Shown piece after piece: positions 36,476 through 36,992 of a stretch of 36,992 nucleotides of DNA; positions within the stretch are counted from its first letter, which is position 1; each line of letters begins with the position of its first letter. The notes beneath the pieces are model-generated. The model searched no databases. It had not been told where the DNA came from and saw only the letters and a list, made by a program, of their open reading frames with translations. Source of the stretch: Octopus bimaculoides (Eukaryota); the NCBI RefSeq assembly GCF_001194135.2, contig NC_068987.1, positions 58,969,329 to 59,006,320 on the forward strand. The letters run 5' to 3'. The position numbers and the translations under genes were made by a program.

Positions 36476-36717
36476 GTGATTCTACGTTTTCATAGTATAT
36501 ATTGAGTATAGAAAATAGTCTAATACTGGAGCATATTAAACCCACGACGGAAAAAATAAATAAAGAGTATTAGTACTCGCGGGAATCGAACACACACGCG
36601 AACTAATACCTATTTTTCTATCGAGGGGGTCTATAGATTCCAATATCAGACTATTTTTCTATAATCAATATACACAGTGAAAACTTATATTTACCCCACT
36701 CCCACATATAGAATCAC
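36476..36717. repeat. Nested palindromic (MITE-like) element
   Basis: Outer GTGATTCTA/TAGAATCAC; about 45-bp imperfect inverted repeat at 36486-36530 vs 36639-36684; inner GTATTAGT..CGCG/CGCGAACTAATAC. Confidence 0.6.
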
Positions 36718-36794
36718 GTGTGTATATGTATACATGTATGTATTTATCTATATATGTGCAACTGTGTAGTAAGGAGCTTGATATTCAACCATGG

Positions 36795-36844
36795 GATTGA
36801 ACCCGGAACCATGTGGTTGAGTACCAAGCTCCTTACTACACAGC
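36795..36844 (-). mobile_element. SINE family S4 head fragment
   Basis: Reverse complement: GCTGTGTAGTAAGGAGCTTGGTACTCAACCACATGGTTCCGGGTTCAATCCC. Confidence 0.7.
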
Positions 36845-36876
36845 TGCGCACGCACACACACACACACACATATATA

Positions 36877-36992
36877 AGGTGCATGGCTTAGTGGTTAGAC
36901 CGTGAGGTTGTGAGTTCGAATCCCGGACCGGGCTGCGTGTTGCGTTCTTGAGCATGACACTTTATTTCACGTTGCTCCAGTTCACTCAGGTA
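36877..36992 (+). mobile_element. SINE family S2 head (cut by the window edge)
   Basis: GGTGCATGGCTTAGTGGTTAG...GAGTTCGAATCCCGGACCGGG...GCTCCAGTTCACTCAG. Confidence 0.85.

Overview
AT-rich, repeat-dense eukaryotic scaffold with six N-gaps. The tRNA-derived SINE families, RTE/CR1 remnants and long AC/AT microsatellites resemble those of octopod cephalopods (inference from recalled repeat families, no database search). The only confidently coding sequence is the first coding exon of a calpain on the minus strand (35104-34892, MACCGSKK...FLRPK|GTAAGT). I found no later calpain exons, so most of the window may be one very large first intron. That region holds at least five SINE families, an RTE/BovB-type LINE 3' fragment, CR1-type and possibly Penelope remnants, two hAT-like MITEs and two mariner-derived elements sharing one inverted junction. 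Most unusual: (1) a fold-back mariner derivative built from two 5' ends, reminiscent of maize Mu killer; (2) repeated head-to-tail chains of one SINE; (3) a phase-compatible three-exon small-protein model interrupted by a single UAG, which A-to-I editing could in principle repair (speculative). Repeat boundaries are approximate (about +/-10-20 nt) unless stated.
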